Origin: Bacilli bacterium | GTDB lineage: Bacteria > Bacillota_I > Bacilli_A > RFN20 > CAG-826 | Direction: 5' to 3' | DNA length: 64,000 nt | Assembly (NCBI GenBank): GCA_017429285.1 | Contig: JAFRPF010000031.1 | Span: 75,388-139,387 of the forward strand | In this document: positions 47,223 through 56,154 of the stretch, piece after piece | How positions within the stretch are numbered: position 1 is the first letter of the stretch | How the letters are laid out: the number at the start of each line of letters is the position of its first letter | The notes under the pieces: generated by a model | What the model saw: only the letters and a program-made list of their open reading frames with translations | Database searches by the model: none | What the model was told of the DNA's origin: nothing | Program-made: the position numbers and the translations under genes

Positions 47223-48557
47223 TTATCTACCTAGATATTTCTTTAATTCGAATTCACTAACAGTGGTATGGTATTCCTTCCATTCTTTTTCTTTAGCTTC
47301 GATATATTTAGGGAACAGATGTTCCCCTAATACTTCTTTTAAAATATCGCTCTTCCTAAATTCTTCAATCGCTTCATGAAGTGTTTCTGGTAAACAAGTT
47401 ATGTTTCTACTATTAATCTCTTCACTAGTTAAATCGAATAAATTGTCTTTCACTGGAGGAATAATATCTTTTTCTTCTATCTTTTTAATTCCTTGTAATC
47501 CACAAGCAAGTATACCAGCTAAGGCGAGATATGGATTAGCGCATGGATCAACATTTCTAAATTCAGTTCTAGTCGCTAAGCCTCTAGCGGCTGGAATCCT
47601 CACTAAAGAACTTCTATTCGCATCACTCCAGCAAGCATATATTGGAGCTTCATATCCACTAACTAAACGTTTATAAGAATTAACAATTGGATTAGTTAAT
47701 AAAGATAGCTCTCTAGCATGATTTAATACACCTGTAATCCACTTTTTACACATCGTAGATAATTCCATATTAGCTTTAGGGTCATAAAATAAATCGCCTT
47801 TGTCTTTAGAATAAAGTGAACAATTAGTGTGCATGCCATTGCCAGCTTGTTTATTAAGAGGTTTAGGCATAAAACTAGCAAGATATCCATTTTTTCTACT
47901 AACCATTTTTACAACTTGTTTAAAAGTTTGCACTCTATCACAGGCTGAAATGACATCTACATATTTAAAAGTAATCTCGTTTTGACCAGGACCAACTTCA
48001 TGGTGACTTGTTTGAACTTCAAAGCCCATTCTTTCTAACATCAACGCGATTTCTCTTCTAATATCTTCTCCTCCATCAAATGGGGATAAATCAAAATAAG
48101 ACGCTTTATCACTACAATTAGTGGATACACTGCCATCACTATTTAATTTAAATAGATAGAACTCAGGTTCAAATCCGACATATAAATCATCAATCCCCAT
48201 CTCATTCATTTTCTTTACTTCTTTTTTAAGAATATAACGAGGATCTCCAATAAATGGAGTGCCGTCAGGCATATATACATCACAAATAAATCTAGCAACT
48301 CCACCATTAGAGTTATTTTCAAATGGTAATACTAAAAATGTATTTAAATCTGGATGAAGATACATATCAGCTTCTTTGATGCGAACAAAACCTTCAATAG
48401 ATGAACCATCAAACATGATTTTATTATCTAAAGCATCACCAATTCGACTAGAAGGTATTTCAACCGCTTTAATATCGCCAAGCATATCGGTGAACTGCAT
48501 CCTAATATATGAGATGTTATCTTGCTTTATGATTTTTTTAATCTCTTCCTTATTCAT
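47223..48557 (-). CDS. glnA: Glutamine synthetase type I
   Basis: FDGSSIEGF, GFEPEFYLF, HHEVGPGQNE and NGMHTNCS motifs are present. GGAGGAAG RBS. Confidence 0.95.
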   Translation of the reverse strand: MNKEEIKKIIKQDNISYIRMQFTDMLGDIKAVEIPSSRIGDALDNKIMFDGSSIEGFVRIKEADMYLHPDLNTFLVLPFENNSNGGVARFICDVYMPDGTPFIGDPRYILKKEVKKMNEMGIDDLYVGFEPEFYLFKLNSDGSVSTNCSDKASYFDLSPFDGGEDIRREIALMLERMGFEVQTSHHEVGPGQNEITFKYVDVISACDRVQTFKQVVKMVSRKNGYLASFMPKPLNKQAGNGMHTNCSLYSKDKGDLFYDPKANMELSTMCKKWITGVLNHARELSLLTNPIVNSYKRLVSGYEAPIYACWSDANRSSLVRIPAARGLATRTEFRNVDPCANPYLALAGILACGLQGIKKIEEKDIIPPVKDNLFDLTSEEINSRNITCLPETLHEAIEEFRKSDILKEVLGEHLFPKYIEAKEKEWKEYHTTVSEFELKKYLGR

Positions 48558-48587
48558 AATGTCTTCCTCCGAAAAACATGTATAAAA

Positions 48588-48615
48588 TCTATAACTTTTA
48601 TCTAGATTGTGTCAA
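48588..48615 (-). promoter_or_regulatory. Putative SigA-type promoter of glnA-glmS
   Basis: The minus strand reads TTGACA (48615-48610), a 16-nt spacer, then TATAGA (48593-48588), about 30 nt upstream of the ATG. Confidence 0.55.
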
Positions 48616-48625
48616 TAAAAATATA

Positions 48626-48642
48626 TGTAACTTCTCTTTACA
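48626..48642. promoter_or_regulatory. GlnR/TnrA-type operator (TGTNAN7TNACA), box 1
   Basis: TGTAA-CTTCTCT-TTACA is a perfect match to the consensus, lying 10 nt upstream of the putative -35. Confidence 0.65.
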
Positions 48643-48691
48643 TACCTTAATTTTTAAAACTTTAACAAAGTTAATATTTTCGCTATATGTG

Positions 48692-48708
48692 TGTAAATTT
48701 TTGTTACA
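48692..48708. promoter_or_regulatory. GlnR/TnrA-type operator, box 2
   Basis: TGTAA-ATTTTTG-TTACA is a perfect match, 66 bp centre-to-centre from box 1. Confidence 0.6.
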
Positions 48709-48852
48709 TTCATTTACTTAGCCTATGAAAATACACACACTACCACATTGTAGTTCACGCTGTATAGTCATGCTTTTTATTACCCGCCGAAAGACATTAG
48801 TTCAGCTAAGAGAAGCTTCGGTCGCACTAGGAGGTTGGGAGGTTCGAAACAT

Positions 48853-48890
48853 AAGAAAAGACCAAGATGTTTCACTCGGTCAGGTTTTTT
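48853..48890. terminator. Hairpin terminator downstream of the acyltransferase-like gene; may work in both directions
   Basis: GACCAAG-atgtttca-CTCGGTC (one mismatch) is flanked by AAGAAAA and TTTTTT. Confidence 0.6.
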
Positions 48891-48910
48891 GTGCTTTTTA
48901 TAATTATTTT

Positions 48911-50155
48911 TTATAATCTCACGTTAGCTTGTTCAAATATATTTTCTTCACAAACTTTGATATTGATATCATTGTCTTTACATATATTAATAAATGAATT
49001 GATGATGCCTTTATCGTAATAGTTTTCACATATATCGATAATTAAAGTTCCGTTTAAATCTACCGCCGCAATAACACAGTCCCCAATATCTGGCCAGGAA
49101 CGGAAATTAAAATCAATGAGATGACTTTTTACCTTTTCTGAAAAAGGAACTCGTCCTAAATACGTGAATCCGATATTATCCATAGTTCTTTTAACAATCT
49201 TTCCAACAATCTTCATCAAAAATTTTTGAAAGAATCTCGGACGCATGTTGTATAAGAAGTCAGTGGATTTTTTCATCTCAGTGCAAGATGAAATGATGTT
49301 TTCTGGTTGTACATATAAATCGAGTATCCCACGATATATCGTACTTATTTTTTGTAGATCAAATTCATCATATTTATCTTGGTAAGTGATCACTTTAGTG
49401 TTGATGAAATTATGCATTGTATCCATCTTCATTGGAGCGCGGCAATCTACCACTATTCCGCATGAGACATTTCTATTTTTAATATTTTTAGGTAAATGCT
49501 CTCTAATCGCTCGAGAAAATAATGGGACTACGATTGCTGAAGGAGTGGTATCAAATTTCTTGGCCACTTTCATGATGTCTGCGGTTTGGACTTTTAAAAT
49601 ATGGCTTGTGCATTTATATCCATTTTTAATGACTTTTAGATCTTTGGCTTTAAATCCTTTTGGTTGTTTGATTTGTCCAAATGATTTAACTGATTCATCA
49701 TAGATACTTTCAAAGCCTAATTTAAGAGGGAATTCCTTTGGAATCTCTGGTAAATCAACTTGAAAATAGGCATCTAATATTGTCGATAAAAATCTAATAG
49801 CCCCTCTTCCATCAGTTATTGCATGACACCACTCCAAAGATATCGTGTTTTTAAAATAGCAAACTTGAAATAGATATCCATTAGTGTTCTTGCCGAATTC
49901 TTTAGGTCTATTATAAGTATCGACATTAAATATCTTTAATTCATCAACATCGTTATCTTCTAAATAATATTGTTTGTGATAGCCTAATTTGCATTTAAAT
50001 AAAGGGTGATATTCTAAAGCAATTTTAATTGCTTGATATAATCTTTGTTCATCGACGTCTTCATCTAAACTTGCTTTAAAAAAGGAGGCGTTTTCCATCA
50101 CTGTCTCCATGACCGCAAGAGGATATTTGTCCATGTTACCTAATTCATATCTCAT
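48911..50155 (-). CDS. HxxxDG acyltransferase (condensation/alcohol-acyltransferase-like superfamily)
   Basis: EWCHAITDGRGAIRF contains the HxxxDG catalytic motif at about aa 112-117 of a 414-aa protein. There is no obvious SD, and an alternative ATG lies at 50134. Confidence 0.6.
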   Translation of the reverse strand: MRYELGNMDKYPLAVMETVMENASFFKASLDEDVDEQRLYQAIKIALEYHPLFKCKLGYHKQYYLEDNDVDELKIFNVDTYNRPKEFGKNTNGYLFQVCYFKNTISLEWCHAITDGRGAIRFLSTILDAYFQVDLPEIPKEFPLKLGFESIYDESVKSFGQIKQPKGFKAKDLKVIKNGYKCTSHILKVQTADIMKVAKKFDTTPSAIVVPLFSRAIREHLPKNIKNRNVSCGIVVDCRAPMKMDTMHNFINTKVITYQDKYDEFDLQKISTIYRGILDLYVQPENIISSCTEMKKSTDFLYNMRPRFFQKFLMKIVGKIVKRTMDNIGFTYLGRVPFSEKVKSHLIDFNFRSWPDIGDCVIAAVDLNGTLIIDICENYYDKGIINSFINICKDNDINIKVCEENIFEQANVRL

Positions 50156-50334
50156 ATATTTAACTTTAGTTACTTATTTATTATCTAAATTATTAACTAT
50201 TTCTTCAATAAATTAATATAGGAAAAATTAATGTTTTAAACGTGAATTAATTTAACAATATTAAAAGGACTAGATGATCAATGAAAAATAAGAAAAAACC
50301 ACCCATGCGGATGTCAGATATGCCTGCTTAATTT

Positions 50335-50700
50335 TTAATATAATTTGATAGAGTAATGACCGCATGATTTGCCAAAATAAACTATTTTTGCAGTCTTTTC
50401 TGGTTTATTTCTGCTTAAAACGAAGCTTTCTACTCGCTTCCAACTATGTTCCGTTGCTTGTTCAAGGAAGGAAATAAATACCTCATCGCCTTTAACCGCA
50501 TGAATGACTAATTCGAATGTCCCTTTAAACTCAATGTGATAAAGAGAGCCGCTACCAACTTTTTCTTTTAGGTCTTCTGAAGATACCTCTTTAATGAAAC
50601 ATGGTTTATCTTCGCCATCATTAAAAGCGGTTACACAAAGGCGGATGTTTTCATTGCCATCGTATATCAAATCCCAGTTATCAAATAATTTTTCTTCCAT
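50335..50700 (-). CDS. Hypothetical protein (121 aa)
   Basis: An intact ORF with an AGAGG RBS. It is the last gene of a tightly packed four-gene array. I recognise no motif. Confidence 0.7.
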   Translation of the reverse strand: MEEKLFDNWDLIYDGNENIRLCVTAFNDGEDKPCFIKEVSSEDLKEKVGSGSLYHIEFKGTFELVIHAVKGDEVFISFLEQATEHSWKRVESFVLSRNKPEKTAKIVYFGKSCGHYSIKLY

Positions 50701-50709
50701 AGTAAACCT

Positions 50710-51315
50710 CTAATCAAACATCACTCGTGGATTTAACACTGCTGGTGATTTCCACACTATTCCTTTTTCTAATAAGAAACGATATTTTAAATCCCACATT
50801 TCATGACAAGAACCCAATCCACTATAGGTGCGGTTCTTTTCAATCTTTTCTTCAATCTCATCGATGCAATCGAGATACTCTTTACTCATTTCCACAGGAT
50901 CGTGTTTTAAGCTTCTGCGACGCCGTTTAATTGAATTAAATAGTTTTTCAATAGTCTTTTCGGGAAGTAACTTATCAACAATCACTCTAACATCATCACA
51001 ATCATCATCGACATAATAGTTCCTATCACAAAGAATTGCGTAAAGCATCTCGTCAAAATCTTTATCAAGTCCTTCTGCGATTTTCAAGGCTTCCAATCTA
51101 TAGATTCCGGCAACTGAAAAACGACCCATACTTTCATATTGTTCAGAAATAAAAACTAAAACATCATAAGCAAAAGAAAGATTCTTTTCCAAAGACACTA
51201 GTTCCGCTAACTCTTTTAAATCAGAACTGTCGCGATATGTCGCAGCGACGGAATCTCTTCCTTCTTTTCTTTTGTTGATTTGTTCTATTAATTCAATAAT
51301 TCTTTGCTTGGCCAT
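50710..51315 (-). CDS. Hypothetical protein (201 aa, helical, acidic)
   Basis: An intact ORF whose start overlaps the upstream stop (TAATG). A GGAGG RBS lies inside the upstream gene. Confidence 0.7.
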   Translation of the reverse strand: MAKQRIIELIEQINKRKEGRDSVAATYRDSSDLKELAELVSLEKNLSFAYDVLVFISEQYESMGRFSVAGIYRLEALKIAEGLDKDFDEMLYAILCDRNYYVDDDCDDVRVIVDKLLPEKTIEKLFNSIKRRRRSLKHDPVEMSKEYLDCIDEIEEKIEKNRTYSGLGSCHEMWDLKYRFLLEKGIVWKSPAVLNPRVMFD

Positions 51316-51869
51316 TATGAGTATTCCTCCATTAATGTTACTTTCTCAAAGCTCTTTTCATCCTTTTCATCAAAGAAGAAATAGAATAGTCCATCAATAA
51401 ATTCAAAAATACCTAGTCCTGGATCTAATGGGTCAAATTGAAGAAGGAGTTTTCTTGGTTCATCTTGGTAATTCCAATCTGCTGGTACACCTAGTAGTTT
51501 TGTGCCTGTCGCATCATCAAGAACTTCTTCAAATTCTATGAGAATTTCATCGTTATATTGTTCATAACCAGGAACGACACAGTTAAAATCATCCATCACC
51601 ACGGTTGGGATACCTTTGTAATATCTCACATCACAAGTAACAGCGTATTCATCTTCAACATCTAAAAAGAAATATAAATAGCCTTCGTGAGGAAGTTTAT
51701 TCTCTTTATCTAAATCCTTAATTTCTTCAAGGTTGATTTGTAATAAGAAAATGGTCGTATCACCAAAGTCATTCCACTCTGCGGGTAATGTTGGTTTACC
51801 AAAAAACTTGGAAACACCTAAATCATGTTTTCCTTTTTCTTTTTTAATTTTGATTTTTATTGCAGACAT
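51315..51869 (-). CDS. DUF1963/YwqG-like protein
   Basis: FFGKPTLPAEWNDFGDTTIFLLQINLEEI....LPHEGYLYFFLD and TKLLGVPADWNYQDEP..LLLQFDP follow the YwqG-family pattern as I recall it. Confidence 0.65.
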   Translation of the reverse strand: MSAIKIKIKKEKGKHDLGVSKFFGKPTLPAEWNDFGDTTIFLLQINLEEIKDLDKENKLPHEGYLYFFLDVEDEYAVTCDVRYYKGIPTVVMDDFNCVVPGYEQYNDEILIEFEEVLDDATGTKLLGVPADWNYQDEPRKLLLQFDPLDPGLGIFEFIDGLFYFFFDEKDEKSFEKVTLMEEYS

Positions 51870-51871
51870 AT

Positions 51872-52243
51872 TTATATCTCCTTTTTAAATTTCTTTATAC
51901 GATCGAATTCCTCGACGCTATCATAGACATCTTGCTTAGTTTCTTTCTTTGCTATATCACAAAGGGGTTCTTCAATAATTTTTAACATAAAAGTGTATTG
52001 CTTATTAATAAGATAAGGCATCCACTTTCCTGGATGATCTTTTGAGAATCTAATCCATAATTCATATCCGTCTGGAGAAAATTCAAAACCATTCTCTAGA
52101 GAACCAGAGATATATAGTTTTAATCCTTGATATGGTTCTTTGTCAGGAAGGGTAATTGGATGGATCGAATCAAGAGAATAGATAAAAGAGTCGATGTTTA
52201 CATTTTTGTCATATACATCAATCAATAATGCAAATTTATCCAT
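51872..52243 (-). CDS. Hypothetical protein (123 aa)
   Basis: The first gene of the four-gene array, with a 2-nt gap to the next gene. I recognise no motif. Confidence 0.7.
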   Translation of the reverse strand: MDKFALLIDVYDKNVNIDSFIYSLDSIHPITLPDKEPYQGLKLYISGSLENGFEFSPDGYELWIRFSKDHPGKWMPYLINKQYTFMLKIIEEPLCDIAKKETKQDVYDSVEEFDRIKKFKKEI

Positions 52244-52292
52244 ATGTTGCTTACTAATTATTATACAAATATAATGCAGTTAGGAGAATATT

Positions 52293-52670
52293 ATGAGTGG
52301 ACCTGTGTGGTGCAATTATTGCCGTCGATATACAGTCAACGGACAATGCCCAAACTGTGGGCGTATTTATTATATTAATAATAGTTCAAGCGGAAGTAAG
52401 GATAGTGGTTCCACAATTTCTTGGTCAGAGTCTTATAGCGCTAGCGAAGGATCTTTCTGGGCCGGTTTCTGGTTAGCCATTGCAATTAACTTTTTTGCGA
52501 TAATTATCGCTCACAAAAAGGAAAAAACGCGTATGAGAACAGGTGCAATTGTTGGCACCATCGTCGGAGCTATAATAATATTCCAAATTGTCTCAGTGAT
52601 TGTGTATGGAATATACAACAATTGGGATGAGATAATTGCAGAATTCTTAGAAAAACAAAAAGCTGCTTAA
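52293..52670 (+). CDS. Zinc-ribbon membrane protein (125 aa)
   Basis: CNYC...CPNC ribbon, a Ser-rich linker and two TM helices. AGGAG RBS. Confidence 0.7.
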   Translation: MSGPVWCNYCRRYTVNGQCPNCGRIYYINNSSSGSKDSGSTISWSESYSASEGSFWAGFWLAIAINFFAIIIAHKKEKTRMRTGAIVGTIVGAIIIFQIVSVIVYGIYNNWDEIIAEFLEKQKAA

Positions 52671-52702
52671 TAAGCGACTTTTTATTATCATAACAAGGTT
52701 AA

Positions 52703-54163
52703 TTATTTTTCGTATCGTACGGTGTTGAGGATCTCAAATTTTCCATTTTCATCATTGAAAGTTACATTCTCTTCGTATGGTTTGTCAAACCACACAGGGA
52801 AGTAATATTCCACTACTTTATCTTCGTCTTGTCTTAAACCATAGAGAAGGATTAAGCCTGCTTCTTTATCAATAGCGAAAACACCACAATCATCATCAGC
52901 AGCGTTTTGAATGGTTGGTCCGTTTTCGACATCATCTGTAATTGTACCTAAAGATACTTCTTCATCAGTTACCACTGCTCCACCGTTTATATATTTATTG
53001 TGAAAAACGAGTTTTCCAGGAAGTGTGTTGGTAACTAAATTAACGTGGCGAAACATGAATGAGGCCGTACCAACACGATAGGAATGATCATTACCTGGTG
53101 TGTCATAATAATCAAAATCAATTTTAAATTCTTCATCAACTTTAACATTTATTAATTCGTCGCTTTTGCCTCTATTAAGTTTGAGTGTTATGAGGTTGTG
53201 TATTCTATCAAACCCTTCCACTACAAATAAATCATCAAAGAATTGGAAAGATGGTTTCTTTTCTATACAAAGCGGGTAGCACCACTCATAACGAACTTTT
53301 AAATCATCGCCACTCTTTGGCCAGTTTGCATCCACTTTAAAGAACAATATATAATCCGCAAGAGCGTATTCATCATCAATATCTTCATCAGCGGCTTCTT
53401 CTGGTGCTTCAAACATTTCTTCTGGAGGACAAAGATAGTTGTACAGTTTCTCAAGTTGTTTTTCTTCTAGCGGCAAGAAATTATATTGACTATCCATTAA
53501 ACAAAGATATAAATCTGATGGGAGATAATCATAACCAGAAATCTCCGCGGCCAAATCACTTCCGCCCCTACCACGCTCATCACAGAATCCACCTAAATGG
53601 AATCCTAATTTATCGCCGATTTGATTGGTATTTGCGGTGTGAATTGTATAAAAACGATTTATTTTTGCAGAGTTTTTCAGTGATTCATAAGATGAGAAGT
53701 CTAGATTAATCTTTTCGATTTTCTCACCGACTTTAATAGCGTTATATTTAGGCTTGTCCTCACCTTGAAGGTATTCTTTTAACAAATCGGGGTCCATGTG
53801 TGAATGCGAATCAAAATAGGTATTTAAGTTTCTAGAACGTAATGAACTAGTATCCGTATTCGGATCAATAAGTTCGTAATAATCCGCAAGGATGTTAGAA
53901 TCTAAAGTGCTAGATTTAAAATACTTAATCTTATCTCTATCTTCCGCATCTCTAAGTGAAAACAATAAATCAAACGCCTCAACTTCTTCCCCTAACTTTA
54001 AAGAAAAGAATTTTTCGTCATTAAGACGTTTTACTTTCACATTCATAACATCTCCGTCTTCAAAACACGAAACGAAGATGTTTTTATAAATGTTATATTC
54101 CTTGTTGCTAGGAACATAATAATGGGTATACATATTTTGTGTTACTGCGAGAAAATATTTCAT
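52703..54163 (-). CDS. Hypothetical protein (486 aa), acidic, no TM
   Basis: A long intact ORF. There is no SD within 15 nt of the ATG (a GGAGGG lies ~30 nt upstream). I recognise no motif. Confidence 0.7.
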   Translation of the reverse strand: MKYFLAVTQNMYTHYYVPSNKEYNIYKNIFVSCFEDGDVMNVKVKRLNDEKFFSLKLGEEVEAFDLLFSLRDAEDRDKIKYFKSSTLDSNILADYYELIDPNTDTSSLRSRNLNTYFDSHSHMDPDLLKEYLQGEDKPKYNAIKVGEKIEKINLDFSSYESLKNSAKINRFYTIHTANTNQIGDKLGFHLGGFCDERGRGGSDLAAEISGYDYLPSDLYLCLMDSQYNFLPLEEKQLEKLYNYLCPPEEMFEAPEEAADEDIDDEYALADYILFFKVDANWPKSGDDLKVRYEWCYPLCIEKKPSFQFFDDLFVVEGFDRIHNLITLKLNRGKSDELINVKVDEEFKIDFDYYDTPGNDHSYRVGTASFMFRHVNLVTNTLPGKLVFHNKYINGGAVVTDEEVSLGTITDDVENGPTIQNAADDDCGVFAIDKEAGLILLYGLRQDEDKVVEYYFPVWFDKPYEENVTFNDENGKFEILNTVRYEK

Positions 54164-54365
54164 ATCAATACTTGTTTGTTTCTATTTACCTCAACCCTCC
54201 TTCAAAAGCAAAACAAATTGCCAATGTAAGATTAAGATAGATATAATCGGCCTATTTATAATATACGTGAGAAGAGCTATAATAAGCAAAAGAAAACATT
54301 CAAAAACACTAAAACTAATTTAGATATTTTTTGGTTTTCGACATTTAAGATAATGAGGGGAAAAT

Positions 54366-56006
54366 ATGAATCATTATAGTTACAAAGAAATAAAAAATCA
54401 CTCTAAAGAGTTGGCACATTTTCTTTCTAAACACGATAAATCAAATCTAGTATTTGAACACATTGAAATTGATAATGGTTATTTTGAAGGATACACGATT
54501 AAAGGTGAACCATTTTTTGGTGAATTACTTTTAGGAGACAACTATTCCTTTGGACTATTTGATAAAAATGGACTTTATTATGGGATCCGTTCATCAAAAG
54601 GCAAACCATTACAATATGGTGATGGTTACAACGGCAGCGTTATCATCCTTGATGAAACTAATAAAGATAACAAAAGAGTCAGCGCTCACAAACTTAAAAG
54701 GGGGCTAGTGGGTGATGAAATTAGCTATAGCAGATACGAATCTCCAATATTTTCAGCTTTATATTTAAAGGGAGAAGATGGCTATTTAAAAAGACTTCTC
54801 CCATCTAATATTGAATGTGCTAGATTCTTAAAAGCTAAAAATGAGTGTTTCTTCGGTTCAGCAAATCAAACCTCTCCCACTGGTTACGGAGTTTATATTG
54901 ACATCGAACACTACACATTTGCTTTTGGAAATATTTCAAGTTTTGGAAAAAACACTTTTACATTAGCGGATGACTCACCAGCAATAGGCTATTTTGATAA
55001 TAGATTGCATATCATGTACAAGAAATTAATACTTTCTTTCTATGGTGATGAGAACTATTCAATAATCAAAATTGCCAAAAGACCGATTCCGTGCTCAAGA
55101 GGATATGCCTATGTTTTACCATTAGATACATTCCCAAGCATCACTATAAAAAAGACTAAAAATGAAGAATTAATTTCTATAAGTGAACAATATGGGGAAC
55201 ACGAGCAATTAGACTATTCTAAAACAGATAAAAGTTCTAGCAATTTCTTCTTTGTTGAAGAGTACTTGCTTCCTGTTCAATTTGGTTTATCTCTGTTAGA
55301 CCGCCTTAATAAAGGCGACACTTCTTTAGTAATGAATATTTTTGATTGCTTCGATTCCTCTTTATTAGCGACTTCTAAAAAGGATATCGAAAGTTACCTT
55401 GCCAAAGGTGAGTTTGATGAAGAAACGTTTATAAGACATGTATGCGCAGTACATAAAGAGAGAACAAAAAAGCAAAAAGAAATTGAACAAAAGCAAAAAG
55501 AAGCGGAAAAGAAAATTCGCGAAGAGAGAAGAAAAATCAACGCCGAAAAACGAAGACGAAGAGAAGAAGAGCAAAGGCGTAGAGAAGAAGAATGGCATCG
55601 CAATCAACAAGCCGCTCAAAAAGCATATGAAGAAATGCGAAGAAAAGAAGCCAGTGCTCCTCCAGCATATAATCCAGGAGCTTTTGAGAGCAATATGGGA
55701 TTAGACAGTCTTGGCTGGCTAAGTCGAAGCAGATGTTATGATTTCATTCAACAAGCCTGTCCGATTATTGTAGGTAGACTCGATTTCAATCATGTTTATA
55801 TTAATGTAGATATTAACGATAATAACAAGACAGTTACCGGCACAGTAAACGTCTCTTGCTGTAAAGTGATAGGCCCTAGCGAGGCCGAGCAACTTCAAAA
55901 AGGCTTTATGGCAAAAATGGAAAAAGCTGGAGTAAGAAGATATCTTCCAGGGTATAGCGTATCTGTTGTTGTCAAATATAAAGGACTTACAAAAGTACAC
56001 GTATAA
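54366..56006 (+). CDS. Hypothetical protein (546 aa) with a central Arg/Glu/Lys coiled-coil
   Basis: GAGGGG RBS. The N-terminal half is Gly/aromatic-rich and beta-like, and aa ~370-420 read KQKEIEQKQKEAEKKIREERRKINAEKRRRREEEQRRREEEW. The ~110-aa C-terminal domain is unassigned. Confidence 0.75.
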   Translation: MNHYSYKEIKNHSKELAHFLSKHDKSNLVFEHIEIDNGYFEGYTIKGEPFFGELLLGDNYSFGLFDKNGLYYGIRSSKGKPLQYGDGYNGSVIILDETNKDNKRVSAHKLKRGLVGDEISYSRYESPIFSALYLKGEDGYLKRLLPSNIECARFLKAKNECFFGSANQTSPTGYGVYIDIEHYTFAFGNISSFGKNTFTLADDSPAIGYFDNRLHIMYKKLILSFYGDENYSIIKIAKRPIPCSRGYAYVLPLDTFPSITIKKTKNEELISISEQYGEHEQLDYSKTDKSSSNFFFVEEYLLPVQFGLSLLDRLNKGDTSLVMNIFDCFDSSLLATSKKDIESYLAKGEFDEETFIRHVCAVHKERTKKQKEIEQKQKEAEKKIREERRKINAEKRRRREEEQRRREEEWHRNQQAAQKAYEEMRRKEASAPPAYNPGAFESNMGLDSLGWLSRSRCYDFIQQACPIIVGRLDFNHVYINVDINDNNKTVTGTVNVSCCKVIGPSEAEQLQKGFMAKMEKAGVRRYLPGYSVSVVVKYKGLTKVHV

Positions 56007-56043
56007 AAAAATTCTGAATTAACAATACTTTATTCTACTAATG

Positions 56044-56070
56044 AACACGCTTAAAAGCGTGTTTTCTGTT
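56044..56070 (+). terminator. Rho-independent terminator after the 546-aa gene
   Basis: AACACGC-ttaaaa-GCGTGTT is followed by TTCTGTTGTTG. Confidence 0.7.
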
Positions 56071-56154
56071 GTTGTCTAAATCCCGCTTGGTGGAAAGGTA
56101 CGAGTGTAATAAATCATGTACACCAAGAAAATACTTCATATTTAATAACTTTTT

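Noticed and set aside
47219-47225. Search for a glmS ribozyme upstream of glmS
   Set aside because: Only 1 nt separates glnA from glmS, so there is no room for the ~170-nt ribozyme. The absence itself is reported as a finding.
48826-48852. A 'GGTTCGAA' T-loop-like sequence, considered as a possible distal att repeat of tRNA-Ala or a tRNA/tmRNA fragment
   Set aside because: Only about 9-10 nt match the tRNA T-arm, flanking positions do not align, and no acceptor or anticodon stems can be drawn. A chance match is likely.
55365-56000. ORFs overlapping the 546-aa gene: antisense (55365-55619, 55394-55603, 55719-56000) and same-strand out of frame (55438-55704)
   Set aside because: They are artefacts of the purine-rich coiled-coil coding region, which has no stops on either strand.
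56085-56135. An imperfect nested hairpin (CTTGGTG...CACCAAG with inner GTGTA...TACAC) between the convergent 546-aa and ~372-aa genes
   Set aside because: It has a long loop and no adjacent T-run on either strand. The clear terminator at 56044-56070 already explains termination. The evidence for an RNA element is insufficient.
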